This document shows positions 15,666-25,339 of a DNA stretch of 39,144 nt, piece after piece; position 1 is the first letter of the stretch, and every line of letters begins with the position of its first letter. This DNA is from a virus (taxonomy: Duplodnaviria > Caudoviricetes): the IMG/VR virus record IMGVR_UViG_3300037424_000319, positions 1-39,144 of that record; one strand, given 5' to 3'. The position numbers and the translations under genes were made by a program. Under the pieces are notes generated by a model. It worked only from the letters and a program-made list of their open reading frames with translations, had not been told where the DNA came from and ran no database searches.

Positions 15666-17079
15666 AGCTGCCAGGGTCGTCCTGGCCCGGCGCCGACTCC
15701 TGCACCTTACCAACCTAACGTTTCCGGGATACCGGGCGGAGGCGGCTCACAAGCTGATCGCCTCCTACTTGGACCGGGTCGTCTCGGGCGACATCAAGCG
15801 CCTGATGATCTTTGCGCCTCCTCAGCATGGGAAGAGCGAGCTGGTCAGCGTGCGCCTTCCGGCCTTCTTTCTCGGGCGCCACCCGGACGATCCGGTCATC
15901 CTGGCCAGCTATGCCGCCTCCCTGGCAGAGTCGAAGAGCCGCCAGGCGCGCCAGATCGTCGAGAGCGAGGACTACGGGGAGATCTTCCCCGGCATTGCGA
16001 CTCGTTCCGACAGCCGGGCCGTGGACAGGTGGGAGCTCGAGGGTCACAAGGGGTCCATGCTCGCTGCTGGCGTGGGTGGACCGATCACCGGGCACGGAGC
16101 GAAGCTCGGGATCATCGACGATCCCTTCGAGAACTGGGAGCAGGCTCAGTCCGAGGTCATCCGCGAGAAGGTTTGGGAATGGTGGCGCACGACCTTCCGC
16201 ACCCGCATCTGGGAGGGCGGGGCCATCGTCCTGGTGATGTCGCGCTGGCACGAGGACGACCTGGCGGGTCGGATCCTGGCGCAGCAGGGGAAGAAGTGGA
16301 CGGTGCTTCGCCTCCCTGCCTTGGCCGAGACGCAGAAGGAATGGGACCGCAATAGCCGCTACCTGCATCTCCCGACCGGTCAGTCGGACCCGATTGGCCG
16401 AGAGCCTGGCGAGGCGCTCTGCCCTCTGCGCTTCAGCAAGGACACGCTGGAGGAGATCCGGGTCGATGTTGGCTCGATAGCCTGGGGTTCCGAGTACCAG
16501 GGTGTGCCTCGGGCGCAGGAAGGCAACCGTTTCAAGCGGCCCTGGTTCAGGATCGTGGCGGCAGCCCCGACAAAAGCCCGCCGGGTGCGTTACTGGGACA
16601 AGGCCGCAACGGAGAGCGGTGGAGCCTACAGTGTGGGTCTGCGAATGTCGCGCGACGAAGAGGGCATCTACTACATCGAGCACGTAGTCCGAGGTCAATG
16701 GTCATCGGGCCAACGGGACCATGTCATGCGTCAGACGGCTGAGATTGACGGGACTCTTGTAAGGCAATGGGTTGAGCAAGAGCCAGGCTCGGGCGGAAAG
16801 GAAAGTGCTCAATCGTCGGTGCGCCTTTTCGCAGGCTTTCCTGTGAGCCTCGACAAAGTGACAGGCTCAAAGGATGTACGGCTGGAGCCGTTCGCGGCAC
16901 AAACAGAGGCCGGAAACGTGAGGTTGGTGCGGGGAGATTGGAACGAGCCGTACATCGAGGAGCTTTGCGCCATACCGAATGGCGCATACAGGGATCAAGG
17001 TGATGCGAGTTCTGGCGCCTTCAACAAGCTGGCATCGGGGAATCCTCACGGGGCATCTCTCGTGGACTACGTGAAATGA
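15610..17079 (+). CDS. terL: Terminase large subunit (start uncertain, possibly CTG 15610)
   Basis: RLMIFAPPQHGKSEL Walker A, GIIDDP Walker B, RWHEDDLAG, RYWDKA nuclease, DQGDA. Confidence 0.93.
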   Translation: MTPTTARQVLAERKHRRSRAARVVLARRRLLHLTNLTFPGYRAEAAHKLIASYLDRVVSGDIKRLMIFAPPQHGKSELVSVRLPAFFLGRHPDDPVILASYAASLAESKSRQARQIVESEDYGEIFPGIATRSDSRAVDRWELEGHKGSMLAAGVGGPITGHGAKLGIIDDPFENWEQAQSEVIREKVWEWWRTTFRTRIWEGGAIVLVMSRWHEDDLAGRILAQQGKKWTVLRLPALAETQKEWDRNSRYLHLPTGQSDPIGREPGEALCPLRFSKDTLEEIRVDVGSIAWGSEYQGVPRAQEGNRFKRPWFRIVAAAPTKARRVRYWDKAATESGGAYSVGLRMSRDEEGIYYIEHVVRGQWSSGQRDHVMRQTAEIDGTLVRQWVEQEPGSGGKESAQSSVRLFAGFPVSLDKVTGSKDVRLEPFAAQTEAGNVRLVRGDWNEPYIEELCAIPNGAYRDQGDASSGAFNKLASGNPHGASLVDYVK

Positions 17080-18638
17080 GTCTTCTCGACACGCTCGCCC
17101 GCAGACTCGGATATGCAAAAGCGCAGGCCCCGGTGCCGGGCACCATCCTGGCTATGGCCGAGGGGCAGCAGTGGAACGTGCCCGAGTTTGCCACCGCAGA
17201 GAAGCAGACCGACCTTTACCGCGTCCTGAGCTGGATGCAGATTGCAGTCTCGCATGTGGCAGAGCAAGCGGCGGGCATGGAATTCAGCGTCAAGCAGATC
17301 ATGGGGGAAGACACCGAGGACATCAGCAATCATCCGTTCGAGCTTCTTCTGCACCACCCGAATGAACTCCAGTCCCGGTTCGAGTTTCTCGTGGCGACGT
17401 TCAGCTACTACAAGCTGACGGGCAACGCGTATTGGTGGCTCAATCGCCCATCCGGGAGTGAGCCGGCCGAGATGTGGGTGATCCCGTCCCACATGATCCG
17501 CCCCATCCCGGATGGGCGGATGTTCCTGCGCGGCTATGAGTACATGCCGGGCAGCGAGGCGGCGCAAGTTCTGCCCGTTGAGGACGTGTGTCACTTCCGT
17601 CGCTACAACCCCAGGTCTCCCTTCGTGGGTCTATCGCCCATCGAGGCGTTGGCGACGGTGTCGGTCAGTGACTTGGCGATGCAGAAGTACAACGCCAACT
17701 TCTTCGCCAAGGAGAACGCCAAGGTACCAGGAGCCCTTGCCTTCGCCGACCCCGTCCCGGATCCTGACTGGGCGACCCTGAAGTCCGACCTGAAAGAGCA
17801 ATGGGGCGGGACGAACCGAAGCGGCCCGTTGCTTCTGCGCAGTGTCGGGGCCGGGGGCGTGCAGTACTTGATGATGGGCCTCAGCCAAGAAGACATGCAG
17901 TTCCTGGAGGGGCGGAAGTTCACCAAGGAAGAGATCTTCGCCCACTTCTCGCCCGGGCTCGCCTCTGTTCTGGACGTGAATGCTACCGAGGCTAACGCCA
18001 AGAGCGGGCGGGCAACGCTGATGGAGTACGCGGTGTGGCCCGTGCTTGTCCCCGTGGCCGAGAAGATCACCAGCACAGTCCTGCCTCTGTATGGCGACGA
18101 TCTTATTGGTGAGTTCGACGACCCCCGCATCACGGACAGACAACTGGAACTCAGCGAGCAGCAGACCTACGAGCACACGCACACGGTGGATGAGATCAGA
18201 AGCGAGTACTACGACGAGGAAGAGTTGGGCGACGAACGGGGGAAATTGTTCCCGGTTGAGGTAGGCAAGTCCGCCGCGCCAACATTCGGGCAGCCGCCTC
18301 CGTTCGGGCAAGAGCAGGGCCAGCCGAATCCATTCGAGAAGCGACCGCAAGAGCAACCCACGGCAGAGACTGTCCCCAGTATGGAGACGAATGACATCAC
18401 GCGCTGGGAGCGAAAGTGTCTCAAGGCGCTGTCTGCAGGCAAGTCGGCCTCGGTGCAGTTCCTCAGTGACGAGATCCCCGAGGAGCAGCACGCGCGTATC
18501 CGCAAAGGTCTGGAGACGGCCACGACTGCAGACGCCATCAAGTCCGTATTCGCCGCAGAGCGAATAGCCGACCCGATTGCGGCACTGACGGCGAAATTGT
18601 CCGAGGCCATCACGGTGGCGCGGGAGTTGGCGGCGTGA
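17076..18638 (+). CDS. Portal protein (HK97-like)
   Basis: HPFELLLHHPNE, LTGNAYW, GLSPIEA, DMQFLEGRKF; position after terL. Confidence 0.92.
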   Translation: MSLLDTLARRLGYAKAQAPVPGTILAMAEGQQWNVPEFATAEKQTDLYRVLSWMQIAVSHVAEQAAGMEFSVKQIMGEDTEDISNHPFELLLHHPNELQSRFEFLVATFSYYKLTGNAYWWLNRPSGSEPAEMWVIPSHMIRPIPDGRMFLRGYEYMPGSEAAQVLPVEDVCHFRRYNPRSPFVGLSPIEALATVSVSDLAMQKYNANFFAKENAKVPGALAFADPVPDPDWATLKSDLKEQWGGTNRSGPLLLRSVGAGGVQYLMMGLSQEDMQFLEGRKFTKEEIFAHFSPGLASVLDVNATEANAKSGRATLMEYAVWPVLVPVAEKITSTVLPLYGDDLIGEFDDPRITDRQLELSEQQTYEHTHTVDEIRSEYYDEEELGDERGKLFPVEVGKSAAPTFGQPPPFGQEQGQPNPFEKRPQEQPTAETVPSMETNDITRWERKCLKALSAGKSASVQFLSDEIPEEQHARIRKGLETATTADAIKSVFAAERIADPIAALTAKLSEAITVARELAA

Positions 18639-19477
18639 ACGACATGGCCCTCGGCCTCTTCGACTCCGCGCTCGACGTGGCTGACCACTTCGAGGCTATT
18701 GGGCATCCCCTCGATCTCTCCATCAAGCGGCGAGATCGACGCGAGCCCGGCCGCCGGCAGAAGGAAGCTGCCGAGTTGCGGCTGATGGCGATCATGCGGC
18801 GCTACTGGAGAGGTCAGCGCAAGCGCATCCGCGAGAGGCTGCAGAACCGCTTTGCATGGCGCAAGGCGATAGGGGACATCGACTACTTGGCCTCTGACTT
18901 CGCCGAGGACTTCTGGAATCAGGAGGCCCAAGAACTGACGCCTGACCTTCTGAAGCTTCTGTTTAGCGGTGCCGTTGGCGGGACGGAGATCCTAGCCAGC
19001 TCCAGCAGGATAGGACTCGATACGGCGTCGGCCATCGCTCGAGCATCGGAGTGGGCCAGGCACTATGTAGGCGAACTGGTGAAGCAGATCAACCAGACAA
19101 CGCTGGCGAGTCTACGCCAGGCCGTTGCCACCTTCGTCGAGACGCAGGGCTTCACGATTGCGGACGTGATGGACATGCTGCCCTATGGAGACTCCAGGGC
19201 CGAAAGGATCGCCATCACTGAGGTTACCAACGCCTACGCCGAGGGGCAGTTGCTGGCAGGCGAAGAGCTGGCCGAGCAGTTTCCCGGTGTAGCCGTGGTC
19301 AAACTGTGGATGACGGAGATGGACGACCGTGTGTGTGAAATCTGCGGCCCGATGGACGGGCAGGAAGTCGACATCGAAGCGGAATTCAAGGGCGGCGACG
19401 GAGAGTTGTATCAGCAGCCGCCGGCACATCCGCGATGCCGATGTTTTCTTGAGACCAGGACGGACATCAGTGCCTGA
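18635..19477 (+). CDS. Head morphogenesis protein (Mu gpF / SPP1 gp7)
   Basis: RAERIAITEV, DDRVCEIC, PPAHPRCRC. Confidence 0.9.
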   Translation: MNDMALGLFDSALDVADHFEAIGHPLDLSIKRRDRREPGRRQKEAAELRLMAIMRRYWRGQRKRIRERLQNRFAWRKAIGDIDYLASDFAEDFWNQEAQELTPDLLKLLFSGAVGGTEILASSSRIGLDTASAIARASEWARHYVGELVKQINQTTLASLRQAVATFVETQGFTIADVMDMLPYGDSRAERIAITEVTNAYAEGQLLAGEELAEQFPGVAVVKLWMTEMDDRVCEICGPMDGQEVDIEAEFKGGDGELYQQPPAHPRCRCFLETRTDISA

Positions 19478-19685
19478 CTTCCTGAAGATACGAGTGACTC
19501 CAGAGTTCATGGACGCCATCTTCGTCCGAGACGAGAGGTGCAATCGATTGCATCTTGAGTTGGGAGAGCCGGATGCGGACGGATTCTATACCCCGGTGGT
19601 TCATGTTGACACCACTGACAACCCGCTAACGTCTCTCCTTCTCCAGCATTCTTCCTGGTCTGGGCGCAGAGGCAACTATGCCTGA
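19470..19685 (+). CDS. Small hypothetical protein
   Basis: GTG start overlapping the gpF stop; stop overlaps the next ATG. Confidence 0.55.
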   Translation: MPDFLKIRVTPEFMDAIFVRDERCNRLHLELGEPDADGFYTPVVHVDTTDNPLTSLLLQHSSWSGRRGNYA

Positions 19686-20145
19686 CGGCTTGTCGATCAC
19701 GATCAAGGGCATGGATGAGGTTATCGCCGCCCTGGATCGATTCCCGAAGGAGATCTACCGCTACATGGTGGCGGCCGGGAAAGAGGCTGGGTCTCGGGTC
19801 ATTTCTACCCGGGGGCTGAAGAGATACCCGCCGGCGACGGAGGCCAACGTCCCTCCGGTGCCGTTCTACATTCGGGGCATGGGTACGCAGTACGCCACGC
19901 GCAACCTAGACAATTCAGAACACTACGGCTCCAATTTCTACGTGAAGGCTTCGGCCTACGGCGCCGAGGTCGGGAACACAGAGACCAGCTATGCGAAGTA
20001 TCTCGGAGGCGACGAACAGGCAGGACGCATGGCGAAGATCGGATGGCGGAAGCTGCTTGAGGTCGCGCAGGAAAAGGTCGGACTCATCACGGATGTCTAC
20101 GAGCGCTGGGTCGCGAAGCTAATCAAGGACCTGGGGCTGAGGTGA
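19678..20145 (+). CDS. HK97 gp10-like virion morphogenesis protein
   Basis: ITIKGMDEVIAAL N-terminus, AEVGNT..YAKY. Confidence 0.55.
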   Translation: MPDGLSITIKGMDEVIAALDRFPKEIYRYMVAAGKEAGSRVISTRGLKRYPPATEANVPPVPFYIRGMGTQYATRNLDNSEHYGSNFYVKASAYGAEVGNTETSYAKYLGGDEQAGRMAKIGWRKLLEVAQEKVGLITDVYERWVAKLIKDLGLR

Positions 20146-20148
20146 AGC

Positions 20149-22323
20149 ATGCCACAGATTGAACCGGGCGAAGAACAAGAACACTGGATGGAGCGGTGCG
20201 TCCCCATGATGGTCGAGGAGGGGCGCGATCAGGAACAGGCCGTAGCAGTCTGCATGCAGATGTTCCGCGATGGCCAGAAGGCCGAGGAAGCCCCCGACAT
20301 CACGACCGCCCAAGCCCTCAAGGCCGTCGGTGATTGGGAGGTTGAGGTCCTGGCCGTTCCCTTTGGTGGGCCGAAGGGCGGGAAGGACTCGCATGGTGAG
20401 TTCTTCGATGCGAAGAGCGATGTCGGTCTAGCCAAGGCCGTTTCTCCTTACGTTCACTACTACCACGGCTTCACGCCCGAGGGGAGTCCTCAGGGAAAGC
20501 CAGAGGAAATCGGGAACGCAAGGTACTCACACACCAATGAGCAGGGACATTGGTACAGGATCGTGTTTGACAAGGCGAAGAAGCTTGCCCGGCAAGTATG
20601 GGAGGCTGCAAAGCAAGGGATGGCATTCGCCTCCAGCGGGAGCATACAGCACCTTGTCAGGATTTCTGCCAATGGCCATATCGATTATTGGCCGGTGGCC
20701 GAGATCAGTGTCTTTGACGTCGCGGGTCGGCGACAGCCGGCCAATATGTACGCGGTTGCAACGCCTGTAGCCAAGGCGTTCTGCACCAAGATGGGCGAAC
20801 CGTATCCGGGAGATGACGAGGCCAGAGGCGCCCAGGAAAGCGCAGAGCCCGTAGTCGCTCCCATCAAATCAGCAAAGGGAGTGATTGAAATGGACGAGAA
20901 AGAACTGGAAGGGAAGATCACCGGCGCTGTGGGTAGCGCGGTGAAGGCTGCCCTTGAGGCCCAGGAAGTTGATCGGAAGGCCAAAGAGGAAGCCGAGAAA
21001 ACCGAAAAGGAACGCATCGATGCGGCCGTGAAGGCGGAGCGTGAGAAATGGGAGGCCGACGCAGCCAAGGCCAATCGGCTGCCCTTCGACATCCCCGTGG
21101 TTGCGAAGTTCGGCGACCATGCCTACGACCACCTGGATGCTGGCGACATGGCTCTGCTGGCGGGCGTTCTCGGCTCGGCCGGGAAGCGTGTCAGCGAAGT
21201 CGCCATCAAGTCGCTCGCGGCCAAGCTGGAAACCGACAAGACCGGCGTCGGCGAGATGGGCCGCCAGGCCATGAAGATGGCCGGGATCAAGGCCAACGAG
21301 ATCGACTACTCGACTTCGGCCGGCTTCGGCGATGAGTGGGTCGGCGTTGCCTACTCCCAGGCTATCTGGGAAGCGATCCGCTTGGGAACCCCCGTGGTTG
21401 CCAAGCTACCGACCGTCGAGGTTCCTCAGGGCATGGAGTCGATCTACCTGCCTCTGGAATCGACCGACCCCGTGTTCTACAAGGTGGCCGAGGCTACGAG
21501 CGTCGAATCGACGCTGAAGATCCCGCAGGCCACTGTCACCAACTCGCCGCTCGTGACGGCTCGGGTTCAGCTGACGCTCGCAAAGATTGGCGCGCGTGTC
21601 CTCTGGACCGGCGAGATGGAAGAGAGCTCGCTGGTGCCGTTCGTCAATCAGCTTCGGTCCCAGCTCGTGGTGGCCGGCCAGGAGTACCTGGAGTCGGCGG
21701 TCATCGATGGTGACACCGATGCCACCATCAACACGAACATCAACGACATCGACGGCACCCCGGCCGCGACGGACTGGTTCTTGGTCTTCAACGGGTTCCG
21801 CAAGAGCCCGCTGATCACGACCACGGCCAACAGCCGAAGCGCGGCGGGATCCCTTGATGTGACCGACTACCTCGAGACCGTGAAGCTCATGGGCGCGGGC
21901 GGGAAGAACGGTTTCGATCGATCCAAGGTCGGGTTCATCGTGGACATTCCGACGCACTACAAGACCTCCACGCTGCCGGAAGTCCTCACGCGCGACGTGT
22001 TCGTGTCGCCGACCATCGAGGGTGGGAAGCTCAATGGCCTGTTCGGCTACGAGATTCTTCCCTCGGCCCAGATGTGCAAGAACGGCGGCAACAACCTGTC
22101 CGAGTCGACCGGCAAGGTGGACGAGACCACGGCGGACAACGCCTACGGGTCCATCCTGGCCGTTCGCTGGGATCAGTGGAAGTTCGGTTGGCGCCGGCGC
22201 ATGACGATCGAGACCACCCGAATCGCCAACGCCGACTCGACCGAGATCGTCGCCATGTTGCGCTGCGGCCTGATCCAGCGCGATACGGAAGCCTCGGCGA
22301 TCACGTACTACGTCGGGGTCTGA
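20149..22323 (+). CDS. Prohead protease / scaffold / major capsid fusion
   Basis: AVPFGG..KDSHGEFF, HG, ASSGS, EISV..PAN protease motifs; charged coiled-coil; HK97-like capsid domain (ESAVIDGD, FNGFRK, LFGYEI). Confidence 0.85.
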   Translation: MPQIEPGEEQEHWMERCVPMMVEEGRDQEQAVAVCMQMFRDGQKAEEAPDITTAQALKAVGDWEVEVLAVPFGGPKGGKDSHGEFFDAKSDVGLAKAVSPYVHYYHGFTPEGSPQGKPEEIGNARYSHTNEQGHWYRIVFDKAKKLARQVWEAAKQGMAFASSGSIQHLVRISANGHIDYWPVAEISVFDVAGRRQPANMYAVATPVAKAFCTKMGEPYPGDDEARGAQESAEPVVAPIKSAKGVIEMDEKELEGKITGAVGSAVKAALEAQEVDRKAKEEAEKTEKERIDAAVKAEREKWEADAAKANRLPFDIPVVAKFGDHAYDHLDAGDMALLAGVLGSAGKRVSEVAIKSLAAKLETDKTGVGEMGRQAMKMAGIKANEIDYSTSAGFGDEWVGVAYSQAIWEAIRLGTPVVAKLPTVEVPQGMESIYLPLESTDPVFYKVAEATSVESTLKIPQATVTNSPLVTARVQLTLAKIGARVLWTGEMEESSLVPFVNQLRSQLVVAGQEYLESAVIDGDTDATINTNINDIDGTPAATDWFLVFNGFRKSPLITTTANSRSAAGSLDVTDYLETVKLMGAGGKNGFDRSKVGFIVDIPTHYKTSTLPEVLTRDVFVSPTIEGGKLNGLFGYEILPSAQMCKNGGNNLSESTGKVDETTADNAYGSILAVRWDQWKFGWRRRMTIETTRIANADSTEIVAMLRCGLIQRDTEASAITYYVGV

Positions 22324-22342
22324 GTTTCGCTGAACGACTAGA

Positions 22343-22371
22343 GGGAGGGCGAGGAGGCGCCTCGCCCTCCC
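22343..22371 (+). terminator. 12-bp GC hairpin after capsid gene (attenuator or mRNA stabiliser; no U-tract)
   Basis: GGGAGGGCGAGG-AGGCG-CCTCGCCCTCCC. Confidence 0.5.
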
Positions 22372-22426
22372 AAGGCCAAAGGGCTCCGGTAACACGGGCA
22401 CCTCGGCCTAAATGGGGAGATGTGAT

Positions 22427-23170
22427 ATGGCAAGCAAACTGTACGTTCTGCGCAAGGGGAACGATGTGGTCGTACGCGGCCTCACGGCAGCCCCGCGCGT
22501 TGCGCTCACCACCCAGAGCTACGGCTATGGCGTGAGCATCGGATCGGATGACGGTCGGTTCTTCACTGCCGGCGCTGCCCAGAAGCGGTACCTAGTTTCC
22601 ATCACGGGTACGCGTGCATCGGGCGCCGCAGTCACGGGCGACTCGAATGATGCCCTGCTGAAGATGTCCGGCAACAACTACGCCGCGAACGATGCGAACT
22701 TCATCTGGCGCGGAGCTAACCTGGCCATCGCCAACCGCTCCGGTGGCGTGGCGGGCAGGATGGAGCACTCGCTAGGCGTGCAGGCCAAGTCCGGCGGCAC
22801 GGTAAGCACGCTCCTGGGCCTCACGATCACGATGGAGAACTATGGCACCTGCGCGACTGAGGCGGGCGGCCTGGACCTCATCGTGCGCAATGAGGCCACT
22901 ACCGGATTGGCACTGAGCTACGGGCTGCGCATCCGCAACGACGACCAATCGGGTCAGGCGGCAGTGCAGAGCGCGATCAGTGTCTCCAGCCACGCCTCCT
23001 CGGGCGGGTTCCGAGAGCTGATCGATGCCTCGGGTGCAGTCCTGACCGAGTACGACACCGGAACGCAGGTGGTGCTGATGAAGTTCAAGGGCGCCAATGC
23101 GACCACGTACTATCTGGTCCACGACACGGATAGTGCTACTGCCGTGTCCGTCGCGACAAGCGTCAGCTAG
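22427..23170 (+). CDS. Putative virion protein (decoration or fibre-like)
   Basis: G/A/S/T-rich and beta-rich; directly after capsid; GGAG RBS. Confidence 0.55.
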   Translation: MASKLYVLRKGNDVVVRGLTAAPRVALTTQSYGYGVSIGSDDGRFFTAGAAQKRYLVSITGTRASGAAVTGDSNDALLKMSGNNYAANDANFIWRGANLAIANRSGGVAGRMEHSLGVQAKSGGTVSTLLGLTITMENYGTCATEAGGLDLIVRNEATTGLALSYGLRIRNDDQSGQAAVQSAISVSSHASSGGFRELIDASGAVLTEYDTGTQVVLMKFKGANATTYYLVHDTDSATAVSVATSVS

Positions 23171-23186
23171 AAGGGAGAGAAGGGCG

Positions 23187-23357
23187 ATGCAACTGACGAA
23201 GGAACGCCTCCAGCCTGAGCTAGACAACCTGCGCCTTACACATGAGGGCACGCGGGAGCTGCTCGCCAAGGAGGCGGGAGCAATCGAAATCCTTGAGCAG
23301 TTGATCGCCCTTCTCGACGCTCCTGAGCCCGAGAAGGCAGAGGAAGGTGAATCATGA
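23187..23357 (+). CDS. Small coiled-coil protein
   Basis: RBS and coupling; LQPELDNL...AGAIEILEQL. Confidence 0.55.
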   Translation: MQLTKERLQPELDNLRLTHEGTRELLAKEAGAIEILEQLIALLDAPEPEKAEEGES

Positions 23358-23644
23358 AGATCAAGTTTCTAGTTGGCTTCCAGGGCACGGAGACCAGGAA
23401 CCTCTGGTTCGAGGCCGGGAAAGTCGTAGACATGCAGGATGAGGACATGGCGGAGCTTCTGGTCCGTAATGGGCGCGCCGTTCTCGTGAACGACGACGGC
23501 TCCCCGCTTGAGGCCAGCGTGGCAGGCAGCGAGAGCTTCGCTGAACCTAGCGAGGCCCCACTGGGGCCCATGCCGGAAGGCAATGACGCTCCTGTCGTCG
23601 TACCCGAGCCGAAGAAGCGCGGGCGCAAGCGAGGTGCCAAATGA
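23354..23644 (+). CDS. Small head-region protein
   Basis: MKIKFL...GKVVDMQD..AELLVRNGRAV pattern typical of post-capsid genes. Confidence 0.65.
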   Translation: MKIKFLVGFQGTETRNLWFEAGKVVDMQDEDMAELLVRNGRAVLVNDDGSPLEASVAGSESFAEPSEAPLGPMPEGNDAPVVVPEPKKRGRKRGAK

Positions 23645-24009
23645 GGCGCATGAGACTTCCGTACACAACCGACGCTAGCGGGGACGCGACGGTCGATGGC
23701 GATCGATCGCTACTCGGACGGCTGTATGCGGTGCAGACGGACATCGACGGGACAGTAGCTAACGCCATCGACCTGACGATCTCGACCCAGGGGGCGGCCG
23801 GGGCCAAGACGCTCTTGACCATCACCGACGCCGCGGCGGATGCCCTGTACTACCCGCGGGATGTCGTGCATGACGCTGCTGGAACGGCGCTCACGGGCAC
23901 CTCTGGCGGGGACCGGGCCATGCCTTTGCTGGACGGCCTGCCGCGAGTGGTCGTGGCTGATGGCGGCGATACGCTGTCTGGGTCTGTGGTTCTGTACTTT
24001 GAGGAGTAG
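23641..24009 (+). CDS. Putative structural protein
   Basis: Beta-rich and T/D/G-rich; coupled. Confidence 0.6.
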   Translation: MRRMRLPYTTDASGDATVDGDRSLLGRLYAVQTDIDGTVANAIDLTISTQGAAGAKTLLTITDAAADALYYPRDVVHDAAGTALTGTSGGDRAMPLLDGLPRVVVADGGDTLSGSVVLYFEE

Positions 24010-24013
24010 GCCA

Positions 24014-24151
24014 ATGGCCGGCGACGAGGTTGAACAGCAAGAGCCCAAGCACTACGTTCTGGAAGTCCAGAGCGTGGTTATTCGCGGCAAATCCGAAGTA
24101 GAGGCCGAAGAAGAGGCCAAGGAGAACGACGATGGCGAAAGCAGCTCCTGA
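24014..24151 (+). CDS. Small acidic protein
   Basis: GAGGAG RBS; 45 aa. Confidence 0.45.
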   Translation: MAGDEVEQQEPKHYVLEVQSVVIRGKSEVEAEEEAKENDDGESSS

Positions 24152-24515
24152 CGCAGTGTTGGACAAGATACCGACCGAGATTGCCACGGCTACCCGACTG
24201 ACGGTGTGTGCCGGCCAGCCGACGACCTACGCCCAGGCCATCACGGACAACAAGCTGGCCGACGTGGATCTGACTGCCGGTGACGGGAACGGCGATTACG
24301 TTATCAGCAACGGAGACACGAGTGGTCGCAAGGTGCGCGTGCAGGCACAGTCGGCAGTACCAATCGACACCGGCGGCACGGCGGACCATGTGGCCTTGGT
24401 GCGCGTGTCAGACACCACGCTGATCTTCGTGACCACCTGCACGTCACAGGTGCTCACGGGCGGCGGCACGGTCGATGTCCCGGTGTGGGACGTGGAAGTC
24501 GCGGACCCGGCCTGA
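24132..24515 (+). CDS. Putative structural protein
   Basis: AGGAG RBS; GTADHVAL...VDVPVWDVEVADP beta-rich. Confidence 0.7.
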   Translation: MAKAAPDAVLDKIPTEIATATRLTVCAGQPTTYAQAITDNKLADVDLTAGDGNGDYVISNGDTSGRKVRVQAQSAVPIDTGGTADHVALVRVSDTTLIFVTTCTSQVLTGGGTVDVPVWDVEVADPA

Positions 24516-25330
24516 TGCCCGTAGTCTTCCCTCCCTCCGGCTTCGGCCGACCCTACCAGCAGACGGCGAAGAACGGCGTCACCGTCACGGCGAGTGCTAC
24601 CCCCCACACGATGGGGAACTGGGTCACGCTCATCGATCCGGTTTCCTATGACGTGTTCGGCATCCATCTCTCGGCGTGGGGCGTATCGGGGTCGGCAGCC
24701 AACACCGGCCTTCTGCTCAATGTCGGTGTTGGACCAACGGGAGGCGGGAGCGAGCAAATCGTCATCCCGTATCTCGACCTCGGCGCGACGGACATCACTG
24801 CCGGAAACGGAAAGAAGTACTTCTTCCCCTTATACATTCCGGCCGGAAAAGCCCTACGGGCGCAGTGTCAGTCGGTGATTTCCGGCGACACGGTAGTTCT
24901 TTCCGTTGCGGCCTACGAGCTTCCGCCCCACGGCTTCGCGGAGGACGCCCCGCAAGAATGGGCGCAGTACGGTGCGGACGCCGCAAATACTCGAGGCACG
25001 GCGGTCACATCGGGCAGCAACGCATACGGAACCGAGGCGCAGATAACCGCCTCAACAACGAGGGCGCATCGCTGGTTCCATGTGGGGTTGGACTTTGCGG
25101 CCAACACCACGGTTACAGCCGGGGGCTACCGAGTTCGTCTTTCCAGAGATACGGGCGGGGCCGACGTCATTGGTGTCTGGGACTTCAAGGCCCTCAGCGC
25201 CAGCGAGAACATGGGTGGTCCGCTGCCGGACTTCCCGGCGTGCATACCCGTGGCGGCTGGTTCGACCCTTTACGTTGACGTGGACGGAGCCACCACAGAG
25301 GCGCTGGGCGTGGTTGTGTACGCCGCATAG
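24515..25330 (+). CDS. Putative structural protein with two-fold internal repeat
   Basis: Paired segments TMGNWVTLI/AYGTEAQIT and FPLYIPAGKAL/ACIPVAAGSTL. Confidence 0.65.
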   Translation: MPVVFPPSGFGRPYQQTAKNGVTVTASATPHTMGNWVTLIDPVSYDVFGIHLSAWGVSGSAANTGLLLNVGVGPTGGGSEQIVIPYLDLGATDITAGNGKKYFFPLYIPAGKALRAQCQSVISGDTVVLSVAAYELPPHGFAEDAPQEWAQYGADAANTRGTAVTSGSNAYGTEAQITASTTRAHRWFHVGLDFAANTTVTAGGYRVRLSRDTGGADVIGVWDFKALSASENMGGPLPDFPACIPVAAGSTLYVDVDGATTEALGVVVYAA

Positions 25331-25339
25331 GATGGACAC

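Noticed and set aside
22372-22420. c-di-GMP-I riboswitch (CCTCGGCCTAAA resemblance)
   Set aside because: Lacks the GGCAAACC/GAAA P2 arm and the downstream conserved segment.
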